Assembly: GCA_013416795.1 (NCBI GenBank)
Contig: RQSC01000032.1
Location: forward strand, 517,704 to 581,703
Length of the DNA: 64,000 nucleotides
Direction of reading: 5' to 3'
DNA from: Prasinococcaceae sp. CCMP 1430
Taxonomy: Eukaryota; Plantae; Prasinodermophyta
How positions within the stretch are numbered: the stretch's first letter is position 1; each line of letters begins with the position of its first letter. The notes below the pieces were generated by a model that was not told the origin of the DNA, made no database searches, and saw only the letters and a program-made list of their open reading frames with translations. The position numbers and the translations under genes were made by a program. Positions 10,468 through 21,485 of the stretch are shown here, piece by piece.

Positions 10468-13113
10468 ATGGCGCCGTCGGATGCCGCGCCGCAAAACACG
10501 TCGCAGCTGACGGTGCCCCCGGGCGCGCCTTCCGCGGCGGCGGCGGTGCCCGTCCAGCTGCAGTTGCAGCTGCAGCTCGGCGTGCAGGCTACGGCGACAG
10601 CAGGCGGCTGTGTCGCCATACCTGTGCACCCGACGGCGACGGTGACGCAGGCGTCGCTCACGCACGCGAACGTCGCTCCGGCGCCCGTGACGGAGGGCGC
10701 CGCAACAAACTTCTCGCTGCCCGTGATCAACCTCTCAAAGATCTCCGCGGGCGCTGGCGCGGGCGGCGGCGCTCACGCCGCCGCTGATGGAGGCGGGGCG
10801 GTTCATGCGGCGATAGAGACGACAGCGAGCGCGAGCGGTGCGGGGAAAGTCGGCATTTCCCTCAACGCGGCATCAGGCGGCGCTAACGTTCCGCTGCCGA
10901 AGACCCACACTCGTCGAGAGATGCGCAGCGGTAACGGCGGCGGTAGCCTGAGCGCGCGCTACGATTTCGAAGGCCCAAACGCTCTCACGCAGGCGCGCGG
11001 TGGCGCTAGTGGCGCATCCACCTCGCGTCGGCCCCGGAACGAATATGGTGTGCAGGTCCGCGTCGGTGGCAACGGGGCACGCGCGACACACATGCAAACA
11101 CACGTGAACGCACACGCAGCGACGCACGCCGGCATTGCGGGGGGCGGAGCAAGCGGCGGTGGCAAAGCTCTCGCCGGCATGCCGCCTGCAGCGCCGCGGC
11201 GGCGCGGGGGCGTCGATGCCAGCAGCGCAGCGGCGGTGCTCAGTCGACCGTCGGGCGCGCAGCCCTCGAGCATGAGCGTGACATCGGGCGGCGCTGGCGG
11301 CGGCACGCGGCGGCGCGCAGGTGGCATTCGTGGCAGCGGCCGTGGCGGCAGCGGCGGTGGTGCCACGAGCGCGAGTGACACCCCGGCGATGACGCCAGCG
11401 CACGTGCTGCGCTCGCACGCGGGTGCTCTGACTGCCTTCGAGCAGTCAGAGGTCCTCGAGTACCCCAAGTTGTGGTACCTCGGCACGGGCGCCCCGAAGG
11501 TCCGTGGGATGCCCGAGGTCGGCAAAAACAACCACGGTTTCGACGACGAGCGGGGCGACTACACCCTCGTAGCGCATGACCATCTGGCGTACAGGTACGA
11601 GGTGTTGGGGAAGTTAGGAAAGGGCTCCTTCGGCCAGGTCGCGAAGTGCTTCGACCACAGAACGGGCTCCATGTGCGCGGTGAAGCTCATACGCAACAAG
11701 AAGCGCTTTCACAGCCAGGCCCTCATCGAGGTGAAGATCCTGGAGCGCCTGCGCGGTCGTGATGCCGACGATGCCAAGAACGTGGTGCACATGCACGAGG
11801 CGTTCTACTTCCGTGGCCACCTGTGCATCAGCTTCGAGTTGCTCTCGGTGAACCTGTACGAGTTTTTGAAGAACAACAAGTTCGCTGGGCTGTCGCTGGG
11901 GCTCATCCGGCGATTCGCTGCACAGCTGTTGGTGAGCCTCAAATTCTTGCGGAAACAGAGGGTAATACACTGCGACCTCAAGCCGGAGAACATCCTCTTG
12001 CGCCACCCGTCGCGCTCGGGCATCAAGATAATCGATTTCGGGTCAAGCTGCTACGAGGACGAGCGTGTGTACACCTACATTCAGAGCCGCTTCTACCGCT
12101 CGCCTGAGGTCGTACTGGGCCTTCCCTACAACGTTTCCATCGACATGTGGAGCTTCGGATGCATTCTGGCCGAGCTCTACACGGGGTACCCGCTCTTCCC
12201 GGGTGAGAATGAGGCCGAGCAGCTCGCGTGCATAATGGAGGTCATGGGCGTCCCCTCCCCCGCGCTTGTGGAGGCTTCAAAACGCCGCAAGGTGTTCTTC
12301 GACAGCGCGGGTGAGCCGCGGCCGGTCATCAACTCGCGCGGGCGCAGGCGAAGGCCGGGCGGCAAGGACCTCGCAGGTGCGCTGCGCTGTTCCGATCCCC
12401 TCTTCGTGGACTTCATCGCGGCGTGCTTGCGGTGGGACTCCAGGGAACGCCTCACTCCCGAGGAGGCTCTGGAGCATGAGTGGATGGAGGGCATGGGCGC
12501 CGCGGCCGCACGTGGCACGCCCGCGCAAACACAGTCGCACACTCGTGGCCACAGCCACGCGCCAGCCACCAAACCGCTGCGCGGCTCGACCGGTGCGTTC
12601 TCCGGTGCTCTCGCGGGGAAGACTGGTGGGCCCGCACACAGCAAATTGCACAGGCCGACGTCGCCGGCAGGATCAACGTCTTCTCGCCGCGGCAACATCA
12701 TGAGCGTGAGCTCGCGCTCCTCCAACGCCAGCAGTCGTCGCGCCGGCGCAGGTCTTGCGTCGACGCGCCGCCCACACGTGCCGTCGTACGCGCAGCACGG
12801 TCACCTCGCGCATGTGCACGCGCGAGGCAGCGGCGGTGCGCGCTCCCGAGTGATCGGCTCGAGCCACGCGCGGCGGCGCGCTGACAAAGATGCCCACGCT
12901 GCGCTAGCGGCCAGTGAGCAGCCAAACACGGCGCCGATTGGCGCCTATCGAAGCAGGCACAGGCGCGTGGCGGCGGCGGGCGACATGGGCAGAGGGATCG
13001 AGGGCCCAAGCGCATACTCGACGGGGCTATACTCGAGCTTGGGCCCCTCGGCACTCCTTCCCCCCATCAACCACCACAGCACGCGCGTGTCGCGCACTGC
13101 GAGGTGGCATTAA
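10468..13113 (+). CDS. Dual-specificity tyrosine-phosphorylation-regulated kinase, DYRK2/3/4 class
   Basis: DH box NHGFDDERGDY, GKGSFGQV, HCDLKPEN, IDFGSSC and the activation loop YTYIQSRFYRSPE. Intronless. Confidence 0.93.
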   Translation: MAPSDAAPQNTSQLTVPPGAPSAAAAVPVQLQLQLQLGVQATATAGGCVAIPVHPTATVTQASLTHANVAPAPVTEGAATNFSLPVINLSKISAGAGAGGGAHAAADGGGAVHAAIETTASASGAGKVGISLNAASGGANVPLPKTHTRREMRSGNGGGSLSARYDFEGPNALTQARGGASGASTSRRPRNEYGVQVRVGGNGARATHMQTHVNAHAATHAGIAGGGASGGGKALAGMPPAAPRRRGGVDASSAAAVLSRPSGAQPSSMSVTSGGAGGGTRRRAGGIRGSGRGGSGGGATSASDTPAMTPAHVLRSHAGALTAFEQSEVLEYPKLWYLGTGAPKVRGMPEVGKNNHGFDDERGDYTLVAHDHLAYRYEVLGKLGKGSFGQVAKCFDHRTGSMCAVKLIRNKKRFHSQALIEVKILERLRGRDADDAKNVVHMHEAFYFRGHLCISFELLSVNLYEFLKNNKFAGLSLGLIRRFAAQLLVSLKFLRKQRVIHCDLKPENILLRHPSRSGIKIIDFGSSCYEDERVYTYIQSRFYRSPEVVLGLPYNVSIDMWSFGCILAELYTGYPLFPGENEAEQLACIMEVMGVPSPALVEASKRRKVFFDSAGEPRPVINSRGRRRRPGGKDLAGALRCSDPLFVDFIAACLRWDSRERLTPEEALEHEWMEGMGAAAARGTPAQTQSHTRGHSHAPATKPLRGSTGAFSGALAGKTGGPAHSKLHRPTSPAGSTSSRRGNIMSVSSRSSNASSRRAGAGLASTRRPHVPSYAQHGHLAHVHARGSGGARSRVIGSSHARRRADKDAHAALAASEQPNTAPIGAYRSRHRRVAAAGDMGRGIEGPSAYSTGLYSSLGPSALLPPINHHSTRVSRTARWH

Positions 13114-13495
13114 CCTTCGAAACACGCGCTGCACAGCTCCGACCGAGCCCGAGCGCCTCCTGGAAATCCGAAACGTTGCGTAACATTGTGTCATCCGCAC
13201 CGCCACGCGCTGCCTGCCGAGCCAGACATGTCCAGTCGCAGCTCGCGACGCGTGAGATGAGCTGTCTGGGGCACAAAAAAAAGGGGGCGGGCATGCTCCA
13301 TGTGCCGTTGCGCGAGCTGCGCATGCATACAGCAAGCCACCGCAATCTCCCAGCTCCATCATCTCAAATTTACATTAGCAAACACCGCAATAGCGCTGCA
13401 ACGGGGATGCCGGAGGGCGCCGAGTGCCATGCGCACATGCGCGCGCCCTTGCGCCCCCGGATGTGCGGTGTCGAAGCGTGTCACGCCATGACACG

Positions 13496-14117
13496 TCATG
13501 ACGCCCAGCTCGATTCGACGGACGCTTGCACGCGGCGTATGTACTCGCGCTTGTTCTCTGAGTACAGCCGCGCTGCCTCGCCGTTGGCCGGGCTATTTGG
13601 ATTCGGGTCGCACAGCAGCGACTGGATGGACGTCAGAATGGCGGCTACGTCGTAGATGGGCGACCAGTTGTTCTGCAGGATGTCCAGGCAGATACCGCCG
13701 TCTGCGTACACGTTCGGATGGAAGAGCTTGCTGATGAACTTGACGGTGGGCGCCTTGTTGGGATAGTCCTCGGAGAAGGTGATGTGCAGCTTGAAGGTGC
13801 CACCCTCCCACGGGGTGGACTCGGGGCCGAATATAACCTTCAAGAGCGCAGAGAGACGACGAGACAGGCGCGGGCCCGAGCGCAGCGCGCGGCGGATGGG
13901 GTCAGCGCGCGGGTCGAGCGAGCGAGCAGATCTGACGGAAGGCGCGGGCGCCCAGCCTCGGCGCGCTCTAGTGGGCGTGCCAAGGGCCTCGGCGCGCACG
14001 CACCGCGTTCCACTGCATGATGTTGTCGGCCTGAGGCGAGGCGTTGATCCCCGCCGGAGGATCTTTCTGCAGCCGCTTGAAGTCGCGCATGAGGCGTCGC
14101 CGCGATGGAGTCGTCAT
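13496..14117 (-). CDS. UBC2: Ubiquitin-conjugating enzyme E2, RAD6/UBC2
   Basis: Exon 1 is [38 protein letters not shown], followed by intron 14003-13838. Exon 2 is [17 protein letters not shown]...[16 protein letters not shown]...VESSW. Confidence 0.96.
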
Positions 14118-14820
14118 GCTGCACACGTGCCAACAGGCGCCCGGTTGGCCGCAGACGACGTCGAATGCAAGCGCTCAATGCGCACTTCCGAGTAGCGATG
14201 CGGTCAGGGCAGGTGTTTCCACCTGCCACCGCGCGGGTCTAGCGGCTGTCGCTGCTGGCGGTGGCACCCTGCCGCCGCGCGCCTGCAGCGCACGTGTGCG
14301 CGCGCGGAGCGCGGGGCGCGCGTGGTGTTTGCGGCTCGCTGGGCCGCCCCCCTCAGCGCTGCTGTAGGCCCTCCAAAGAGCCGGACGAGCAACGCCCGGC
14401 GACCGACGCCGCGGCTAGCACCTTCGAGCCACTTGTCGCCCCCAACCTCGCGCGCCTGGTGCCCCCTGCCCTGTCGCCGGCGTGTGCTCGCGCGCTCCGC
14501 TGCCGGTCGCGCGGCGGTCGCGCGCGCCAGGCGGGGCGGGGCGGGCGCGGGAGAGCGAGAGGGTGAGGTCACGCGGAGGGATCGAAGGCTCGCCGCTCCC
14601 CCCTCCCCGTGCGCTCCGGCCTGCGGCGAAGTGGACGGGAAGGTGTGTGGGTGTGTGTTGGGGGGGGTGGGGTGCGTGGGCCGAGGGGGAGGTGTGTGTG
14701 TGGGAAGGGGTCCGCCACCGGCGAGCAGTGTGGCGCACACGCGCGCGCTCTTTTGCCAGATCTCCGCCCCGCGCGCGCGCGCGCCCGCCTTCATCCTGGG
14801 GCGTGCCGCTCCCGACCCAC

Positions 14821-15123
14821 TAACCCTGAACCCTATTCAATGCAAATCCCCGAGGTCAAAATGATACCGTAGCTGCGCCGTCCGTTTTCGACCCAAACCA
14901 TTTCTGCCTGCCCCGTCGCGCGCCCTCGGCCCCTCGCACTTCCACTTCCGGGAGAAGCTACGGCCAGGGCAGTCACGGCCGAAGCCCCGGGTCTGCCGCG
15001 GAAAGTCCACCGAATGACCCCGGTACGCCGAAACTCACCCGGGCGACTTTCCATGCCGCGGCCGCCATCGACCCCGGTGTCGATCCCGGGTCCGATCGAT
15101 GCCGATAATTACTAACCCTGAAA
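14821..15123. promoter_or_regulatory. Telo-box-like motifs in the UBC2/DBP9 divergent promoter
   Basis: TAACCCTGAACCCTA at 14821 and TAACCCTGAAA at 15113. Confidence 0.55.
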
Positions 15124-15475
15124 TGAAAACCTTTATTGTGCCGTGCACGTTCGCATCGTTTCGAAGTCCCACATGCGTGGAGCGGCGGCCCTCGCGGGGG
15201 CGGCTCCGAACCCGCGGAATGCCGCGGACGAAATCGGCCGGCGCCCGCTCGCCGGGAGCAATCGGGGGGCACCTGCACGCGGCTGGTAATCCACGGAGCG
15301 CTCCCTGTTGTTTATCATCCGCGCCCATGCCAGGCGGCCGCAGGTTTGGGTTTGAGCAGCCGCCGGCGGAGCCGCCGGCGGCCACGGCGGAGGGGGGATG
15401 GGAGACCGTGGGGGGGGGGGGAGGTGTGGGCCTCGCGCCACACGCGCGGCGGTGCGCTGAGCTCCGCGGGGCGCC

Positions 15476-17713
15476 ATGCGGCGCGGGCGCAGGCGCGAGG
15501 AGGAGGGCGAGGAGGGCGACGCGGAGACGATGCGGAGGGAGGACTCCTCCGCCAGCGAGGACTCTTCCGCGAGCGAGGACTCCTCCGCCAGCGAGGGGGG
15601 GGGCGCAGCGCTCGGAGCGGGCGGCGCGCCGGCGTCCGCGTCCGACAGCGAAGATGACAGCGGGTCGGAGGAGAGCGGCAGCGACGAGGACTCGGAGTCA
15701 GAGGAGGAGGAGGAGGAGGAGGCGCCGGAGGCTGCTGCCGCAGCCGCGGGCGAAGACTCCGACGCAGAGGCCGAGGACGGCTCGGGGGGCGAGGAGCCGC
15801 TGCCGTCGACCTTCGACGACGCTGCGCTCGGACTCGACGCGCGGCTGTCGCGCGCGCTGCGCAAGCGCGGCCTGACAGCCCCGACGCTCGTCCAGGCGCG
15901 AGTGGTGCCGCTGGCGCTACAGGGGCGCGACGTGGTGTGCCGCGCGCGCACGGGCTCGGGCAAGACCCTGGCCTACCTGCTGCCCATGATGCACAAGATC
16001 CTGCAGGCGGGCGGCGCCGACGGTGGCACGCAGGGCCTCGTGCTCGTGCCGTCGCGAGACCTGACCGCCCAGGTCAAGACGGAGGCGAACGCGCTCGCTG
16101 AGCACTGCGGTGGGTCCATCAGCGTCGCGGCGCTGACTGCGGGGCTTTCCGCGGCGGCGGTGCGCTCGCTGCTCGCGGCGCGCCCCGCGCTGCTCGTGGC
16201 GACGCCCGGCCGCCTGGCGGCGGCCGTGCGCGAGGGCAGCGTGCCGCGCGCGGCGCTGGCGGCGCTGAAGACCCTGGTGCTGGATGAGGCGGACCTACTG
16301 CTGAGCTACGGCTACGAGGAGGACATCACGCTGCTAGCCGATGCCGTGTCGCGCTCGTGCCAGTGCCTGCTCGTGAGTGCGACAACCTCGCCGGACGTGG
16401 ACCGTCTCAAGAAACTCGTGCTGCACTCACCGGTGACGCTCACCCTGGTCGAGCCGGGGGCGGCAGGCGCCGGCGGCGTCGCGGAGGAGGTGTCGCACAG
16501 CGTGGTGTCGCTGGCCACCACGCACGACCGCCTTCTGTACACACTCGCGCTGTTGCGCACCGGTGCGGTGCACCGCAAGGTGCTGCTGTTCGTCAACACC
16601 GTCGACGCGGGCTTCCGCCTAAAGCTTTTCCTGGAGGCCTTCGGAGTGCGCGCAGCGTTGCTCAACTCGGAGTTGCCGCAGGCAAGCCGCCAGCACATCT
16701 TGCACGCCTTCAACCGTGGGCTCTTCGACTATCTCATCGCCACCGACGATGGCAAGCATGCCGACCAGGTGGCCGCCGCCGCTGCCGCCGCTGCCGCGGA
16801 CAAGATGCGCGGAAAGGGAAGCAAGGGAGGCAAGAAAGGAAAGGGCGGCAGAGGCGCGCGCAATCGCGACACGGAGGAGTTCGGCGTGGTGCGGGGCATC
16901 GACTTTGTGGGCGTGCGCACCGTGATCAACGTTGAGATGGCGCCGTCGGCGGCCGCGTACGTGCACCGCAGCGGGCGCACGGGACGCGCGGGGCGCAGCG
17001 GCGCGTGCCTCTCGCTCGTGGCGCCTGCGGACGTCGCGCGCAGGCGCGAGATCGAGGCGGCGCTCGGCATGGGTGCCAGAGCGGGCGCCAGCGCGGAGGA
17101 GATGGCGCCATTCGAAGGTCTCTCCAAGGAACTCGTGGAGGGCCTGCGCTACCGCGCAGAGGATGTGGCGCGCGCTGTCACGCGCACTCACGTGCGCGAG
17201 GCGCGCGTCAAGGAGCTGCGCGCCGAGCTGCTCAACTCGGAGAAGCTGAAGGCGCATTTCGAGGACAACCCGGTCGAGCTGGAGGCGCTCCGCCACGACA
17301 AGCAGCTCGCCAAGCGCGCGGCTCCCCAGCACCTGCGTCACCTGCCCGCGTACATCAAGGGCGACGCCAGCGTGTCGGCCACAGGCAGGAGGGCCGGCGG
17401 CGGCGGCAAGCGTCGCGCGGCTGGCGGAGCGGGCAAGGGCGGCGGCGGCGCCAACAAACGCGCGCGCGGCGCCGACCCTCTCAAGAAGGTGCCCACCTCG
17501 CAGGCGGCGGCCCAGGCGGTCGTAGCGCGCGCGGCGGCGTCGCGCGACCTGCGCGGCGGCGACGTGGAGGCTCCCGCGATGATCGCCCAAGCGGCTGTGC
17601 GCAAGAATATGTCGGACGGCGTTTCCATTGCTGAGATGTGGAGGAACAAGGCGCGCCGCAAGGAGCGCCGCGGCGGCGGCGGCGGCGGCCGTCGTGGCGG
17701 CAGCAAGCGCTGA
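15476..17713 (+). CDS. DBP9: DEAD-box RNA helicase DDX56/DBP9 (ribosome biogenesis)
   Basis: Motifs PTLVQ, ARTGSGKT, LDEADLLLSYGYEED, SAT, EFGVVRGIDF, YVHRSGRTGRAG and ELLNSEKLKAHFEDNP. Acidic N-terminus. Confidence 0.93.
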   Translation: MRRGRRREEEGEEGDAETMRREDSSASEDSSASEDSSASEGGGAALGAGGAPASASDSEDDSGSEESGSDEDSESEEEEEEEAPEAAAAAAGEDSDAEAEDGSGGEEPLPSTFDDAALGLDARLSRALRKRGLTAPTLVQARVVPLALQGRDVVCRARTGSGKTLAYLLPMMHKILQAGGADGGTQGLVLVPSRDLTAQVKTEANALAEHCGGSISVAALTAGLSAAAVRSLLAARPALLVATPGRLAAAVREGSVPRAALAALKTLVLDEADLLLSYGYEEDITLLADAVSRSCQCLLVSATTSPDVDRLKKLVLHSPVTLTLVEPGAAGAGGVAEEVSHSVVSLATTHDRLLYTLALLRTGAVHRKVLLFVNTVDAGFRLKLFLEAFGVRAALLNSELPQASRQHILHAFNRGLFDYLIATDDGKHADQVAAAAAAAAADKMRGKGSKGGKKGKGGRGARNRDTEEFGVVRGIDFVGVRTVINVEMAPSAAAYVHRSGRTGRAGRSGACLSLVAPADVARRREIEAALGMGARAGASAEEMAPFEGLSKELVEGLRYRAEDVARAVTRTHVREARVKELRAELLNSEKLKAHFEDNPVELEALRHDKQLAKRAAPQHLRHLPAYIKGDASVSATGRRAGGGGKRRAAGGAGKGGGGANKRARGADPLKKVPTSQAAAQAVVARAAASRDLRGGDVEAPAMIAQAAVRKNMSDGVSIAEMWRNKARRKERRGGGGGGRRGGSKR

Positions 17714-17748
17714 GGGCTCGGGTCAGGCGCCGCGCGCGCACGGCCATC

Positions 17749-17753
17749 TGTAA
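17749..17753 (+). terminator. TGTAA polyadenylation signal (representative copy)
   Basis: TGTAA lies shortly after stops on the coding strand: + strand at 17749, 28147, 42906 and 55565; - strand at 2984, 5932, 13370 and 38570. It is the known chlorophyte poly(A) signal. Confidence 0.7.
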
Positions 17754-18052
17754 CTGAACATTGTATCGCTTTCGACTGTCGCGGCCATACCGGCAGGGCA
17801 TGTGCGGCTCCGGTGCGCCGCGCGCGCCGCGCGCGCAGGGTGCTCGCAGACGCATGTGTCGCTGCCGTCATGTATTACGGTCGATAGCTTGCGCAGCGCG
17901 GAGGCGTGGTGGTGCGGGACGGGAGGTGAAAAAATGCGGGCCATGCACGATGCATCAAAAGTAGGGTACAGCATCCGCCCTGGTCCTCCGCTTGCGCGCG
18001 CGAGTCGTTTGTGGTGCATGCGCGCATAAGTGCGCACGCGCGTCCGAGGGTG

Positions 18053-19879
18053 TCATTTCGACTCCTTGCCGCTGAACATACGCTTCAGCCCGCCGAGCAC
18101 GCCAGCCTTCTTTGGCTTTGCAGCTGGTTCGCCCACGGAGCCCGCGACCCTCGGGACCGCCGCGCTTTCGCCCGACAGCTGCACTGGGGCGGCGGCCGTC
18201 TTGGCCTCGTTGGTCCCCGTCCTTTCGGCCGCCACCCTTGCGTTGAAAGCCTCGAGTTGTTGCAGCACGTTGTCGAACAAAGGGCGGGCCTCGGGCTTTT
18301 GTGCCCAGCAAGCCACCATGATTGCCGCGAGCTCCTGGGGCATATCTGCGGGGATCTGGGGGCGCAGGCCGCGCTGGACGACCCCCACGGCCGCCTGCAT
18401 GGGCGTGAGCGTACTGTACGGTACCTTCCCGGTCCAGAGCTCCCACATGACCACGGCGAACGAGTACACGTCGCAGCGCACGTCGTACGCCTGGTGCGAG
18501 ATGATCTCGGGCGCCATCCAGCGGTAGGTGCCCGTTTCGGCCGTCATGGTGCCGCCCATGTCAATGACGCGCGCGACGCCGAAATCCGCCACGCGCACGG
18601 CGCCGTCCTCCGCGACCAGCAGGTTGGCCCCCTTGATGTCCCTGTGAGTGATGTTGTGCTGGTGCAGGTACTGCATGCCGCGCGCGATGTCGAGGCAGAT
18701 CTTGACGTAGAGCCCGAGAGGTACCCCCTTGGAGAACTTGCTCTGCCGCCGAAACGTGCTGATCGAGCCGCCCGGCATGAACTCCGTCACGATGCACATC
18801 TCCGGCGGGTCCGTCTTGGCGCCCACCAGCCTGAGCACGTTGGGGTGGTGCACTTGCTTCATTATGGCCACCTCGCCCTTGAACTCGGCCATCTGCGTTT
18901 CGTTGAGCTCCTGCGCCTTGAGGTACTTGATCGCGACCTCCTTGCCCCTGTACGTGCCGCGGTGGAGGCGGCCGAACGTCCCCGATGCGATCAGCTGCCC
19001 CTTCACCAGCTTGCTCATGTCGATTTCCGCGTGGTGGTCATCGCCGTTGTCCAAGCTGCCGCGGCCGTCCCCCCCGTTCAGGGCCATCGCCGCCGCCCCC
19101 GCCTCCAAGGACCTCACGCCGTCCATCTGAGCTTTCTGCGCGGCCGTCAGCACCCGGCCGATGACCCAGTCCACGTTGCGAATCTCCTCCTCGAGCGCGG
19201 CGGTGATGCTGTTTTCGGTCGGCGCGTCGCCCGCGTCGACGTCGTCGAAGGGGCTCGCGATGAACACGTTGAGCAGGTACCGGTCGTTGGTCGAGAAAGC
19301 GTGCGCCTCGCAGATGTCAAGCCCCACCTCGCCGAGGCAGCGGCTCATCAGGTGCAGCCGCCGCGGCCGGTCGCGGTCCGCGAAGGTGATCTCGAACCGC
19401 TGGGCGCGCTCCTGCTCGGCCATGAGCTCCGACAGGTCATCCGACGGCGACTTGACGAGGCTCGAAATGTCGGTGTACGACCCGAACGTCGGCCGGCCGA
19501 GCGACCCGGGTTCGGCGAGCTGCGGTGTCCCCGGCTCGGGCGACTCGATGGCGATCCCCCCGCTGTGGCCGCTGCCGTCCTCGTCAGCGCCTCCCGCGGC
19601 GCCCGCGCCCATAACCACCCTGCGCACGTTGAACGCGGGCAGCTTCCCGTCGCTCTCCCGCACCGACCGCAGCAGATTCATGTGCATGAGCACGTCGCCC
19701 GCGCGGTCGGCCATCATGTCCGAGCGGTAGCGCTCGGGCATCGATTTCATGTGGTGCCTCACGTCCGTCGCGAACTCCTTGCTGCTGTCGCCCGTGAGCT
19801 CGCCCAGCACGCGCACGACCTCGTCGATGCGGCGCTTCGACGCCGCGTGGTCGCGGCTGCCCCTGTCATTGCGCATCAT
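18053..19879 (-). CDS. ACT-domain Raf-like STY protein kinase (STY8/17/46-like); may extend 5' into the N gap
   Basis: HMKSMPERY, an ACT-like segment EITFADRDRPRRL...LDICEAHAFST, and kinase motifs ASGTFG, HRDIKGANLL, DFG and GTYRWMAPE. Confidence 0.9.
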   Translation of the reverse strand: MMRNDRGSRDHAASKRRIDEVVRVLGELTGDSSKEFATDVRHHMKSMPERYRSDMMADRAGDVLMHMNLLRSVRESDGKLPAFNVRRVVMGAGAAGGADEDGSGHSGGIAIESPEPGTPQLAEPGSLGRPTFGSYTDISSLVKSPSDDLSELMAEQERAQRFEITFADRDRPRRLHLMSRCLGEVGLDICEAHAFSTNDRYLLNVFIASPFDDVDAGDAPTENSITAALEEEIRNVDWVIGRVLTAAQKAQMDGVRSLEAGAAAMALNGGDGRGSLDNGDDHHAEIDMSKLVKGQLIASGTFGRLHRGTYRGKEVAIKYLKAQELNETQMAEFKGEVAIMKQVHHPNVLRLVGAKTDPPEMCIVTEFMPGGSISTFRRQSKFSKGVPLGLYVKICLDIARGMQYLHQHNITHRDIKGANLLVAEDGAVRVADFGVARVIDMGGTMTAETGTYRWMAPEIISHQAYDVRCDVYSFAVVMWELWTGKVPYSTLTPMQAAVGVVQRGLRPQIPADMPQELAAIMVACWAQKPEARPLFDNVLQQLEAFNARVAAERTGTNEAKTAAAPVQLSGESAAVPRVAGSVGEPAAKPKKAGVLGGLKRMFSGKESK

Positions 19880-19953
19880 CGCCGCCCGCACGGGCGCCGG
19901 CCCAGCGCGCGCCCCCTGCTGGCGGCGGCCCAACAGCCCGGGCCCGCCCGCGC

Positions 19954-20523
19954 NNNNNNNNNNNNNNNNNNNNNNNNNNNNNNNNNNNNNNNNNNNNNNN
20001 NNNNNNNNNNNNNNNNNNNNNNNNNNNNNNNNNNNNNNNNNNNNNNNNNNNNNNNNNNNNNNNNNNNNNNNNNNNNNNNNNNNNNNNNNNNNNNNNNNNN
20101 NNNNNNNNNNNNNNNNNNNNNNNNNNNNNNNNNNNNNNNNNNNNNNNNNNNNNNNNNNNNNNNNNNNNNNNNNNNNNNNNNNNNNNNNNNNNNNNNNNNN
20201 NNNNNNNNNNNNNNNNNNNNNNNNNNNNNNNNNNNNNNNNNNNNNNNNNNNNNNNNNNNNNNNNNNNNNNNNNNNNNNNNNNNNNNNNNNNNNNNNNNNN
20301 NNNNNNNNNNNNNNNNNNNNNNNNNNNNNNNNNNNNNNNNNNNNNNNNNNNNNNNNNNNNNNNNNNNNNNNNNNNNNNNNNNNNNNNNNNNNNNNNNNNN
20401 NNNNNNNNNNNNNNNNNNNNNNNNNNNNNNNNNNNNNNNNNNNNNNNNNNNNNNNNNNNNNNNNNNNNNNNNNNNNNNNNNNNNNNNNNNNNNNNNNNNN
20501 NNNNNNNNNNNNNNNNNNNNNNN
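19954..20523. other. Assembly gap (N run)
   Basis: Continuous Ns. Confidence 1.
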
Positions 20524-21485
20524 AGGCCCGCGGCGCGGCGCGGGGCGGCGCGCGCGGCGCAGAGCCCAGCGGATAAACCCGCGCGGGAACTCCCATGCGG
20601 GCGCACGGCGCGCCTGGCACCAAAGCTCCCAACCGACCCCGGCCCAATCAATGAGTGCAATGAGTGGGCGGGGCGGGGCGTGATGAGTGGGTGGCGGCAG
20701 GGCGAATCAGACCCCGAATCTCATCCGCTGGGGCGTCACCCTCCATCCCATCCGTGCCGTCGATCGATCGAGCCGCGGTTGGGAAGCAATTGGTCGGTGG
20801 GTTGGATCATCATCATTCATGACGACGAACGAAGGGCTTCGTATTCGTACGTCTATTCGACGACGACGGCAAGCTCTTCCAGAAGAAGAAGGAGAAAAAA
20901 GGCCAACGCGCGGATTTGGATTAAAAAAAAAACAGTATCAAAAAGCACCGAAAGCACGCCACGAAGCGAGGTTTGGGTTTGGGTTGGGGCGGCCGTCCGC
21001 GTCAGGCCATCTATCGTTTGCCCTCTGAATTTGACGAGGTCTTCCGCGCGGGGGTGGTGTGATGTGGTGCTGTCATCACCGGTGTGCGCGGCGGCGTGCC
21101 CCCTTCCCCCGACCGACCGAGACCGAGGGTGACGTGGCAGGGAGCACCGCCCACGAGGACCTGCAGCATGGGTAGGCGCGCGCGGCGCAGGCGCGTGCGC
21201 AGAGCGCACCGCCGCTGCCTGCGCCGCCTCGCCTGCCTGTGCCTGTCACCGTCATCACGCAAAAACAAAGGCCCCGACTGCGTGGTTCTTTCGCCGCACG
21301 TCAAACTGAGCTGTGAAAGATCCACCCATCCGGGACCGGATCTCCATCCACATCCATCGATGATCCTCATCACTCCGGTGCAGGTGGACGCGTCTGTCTG
21401 TCGGTGGAGGTTCGGGCTCTGCACTTCGATTCGCGGTGTTTTGTGTTTGTTCGTTTGAAGAGGGTTTGATTTTGGGCTCTCGGGG

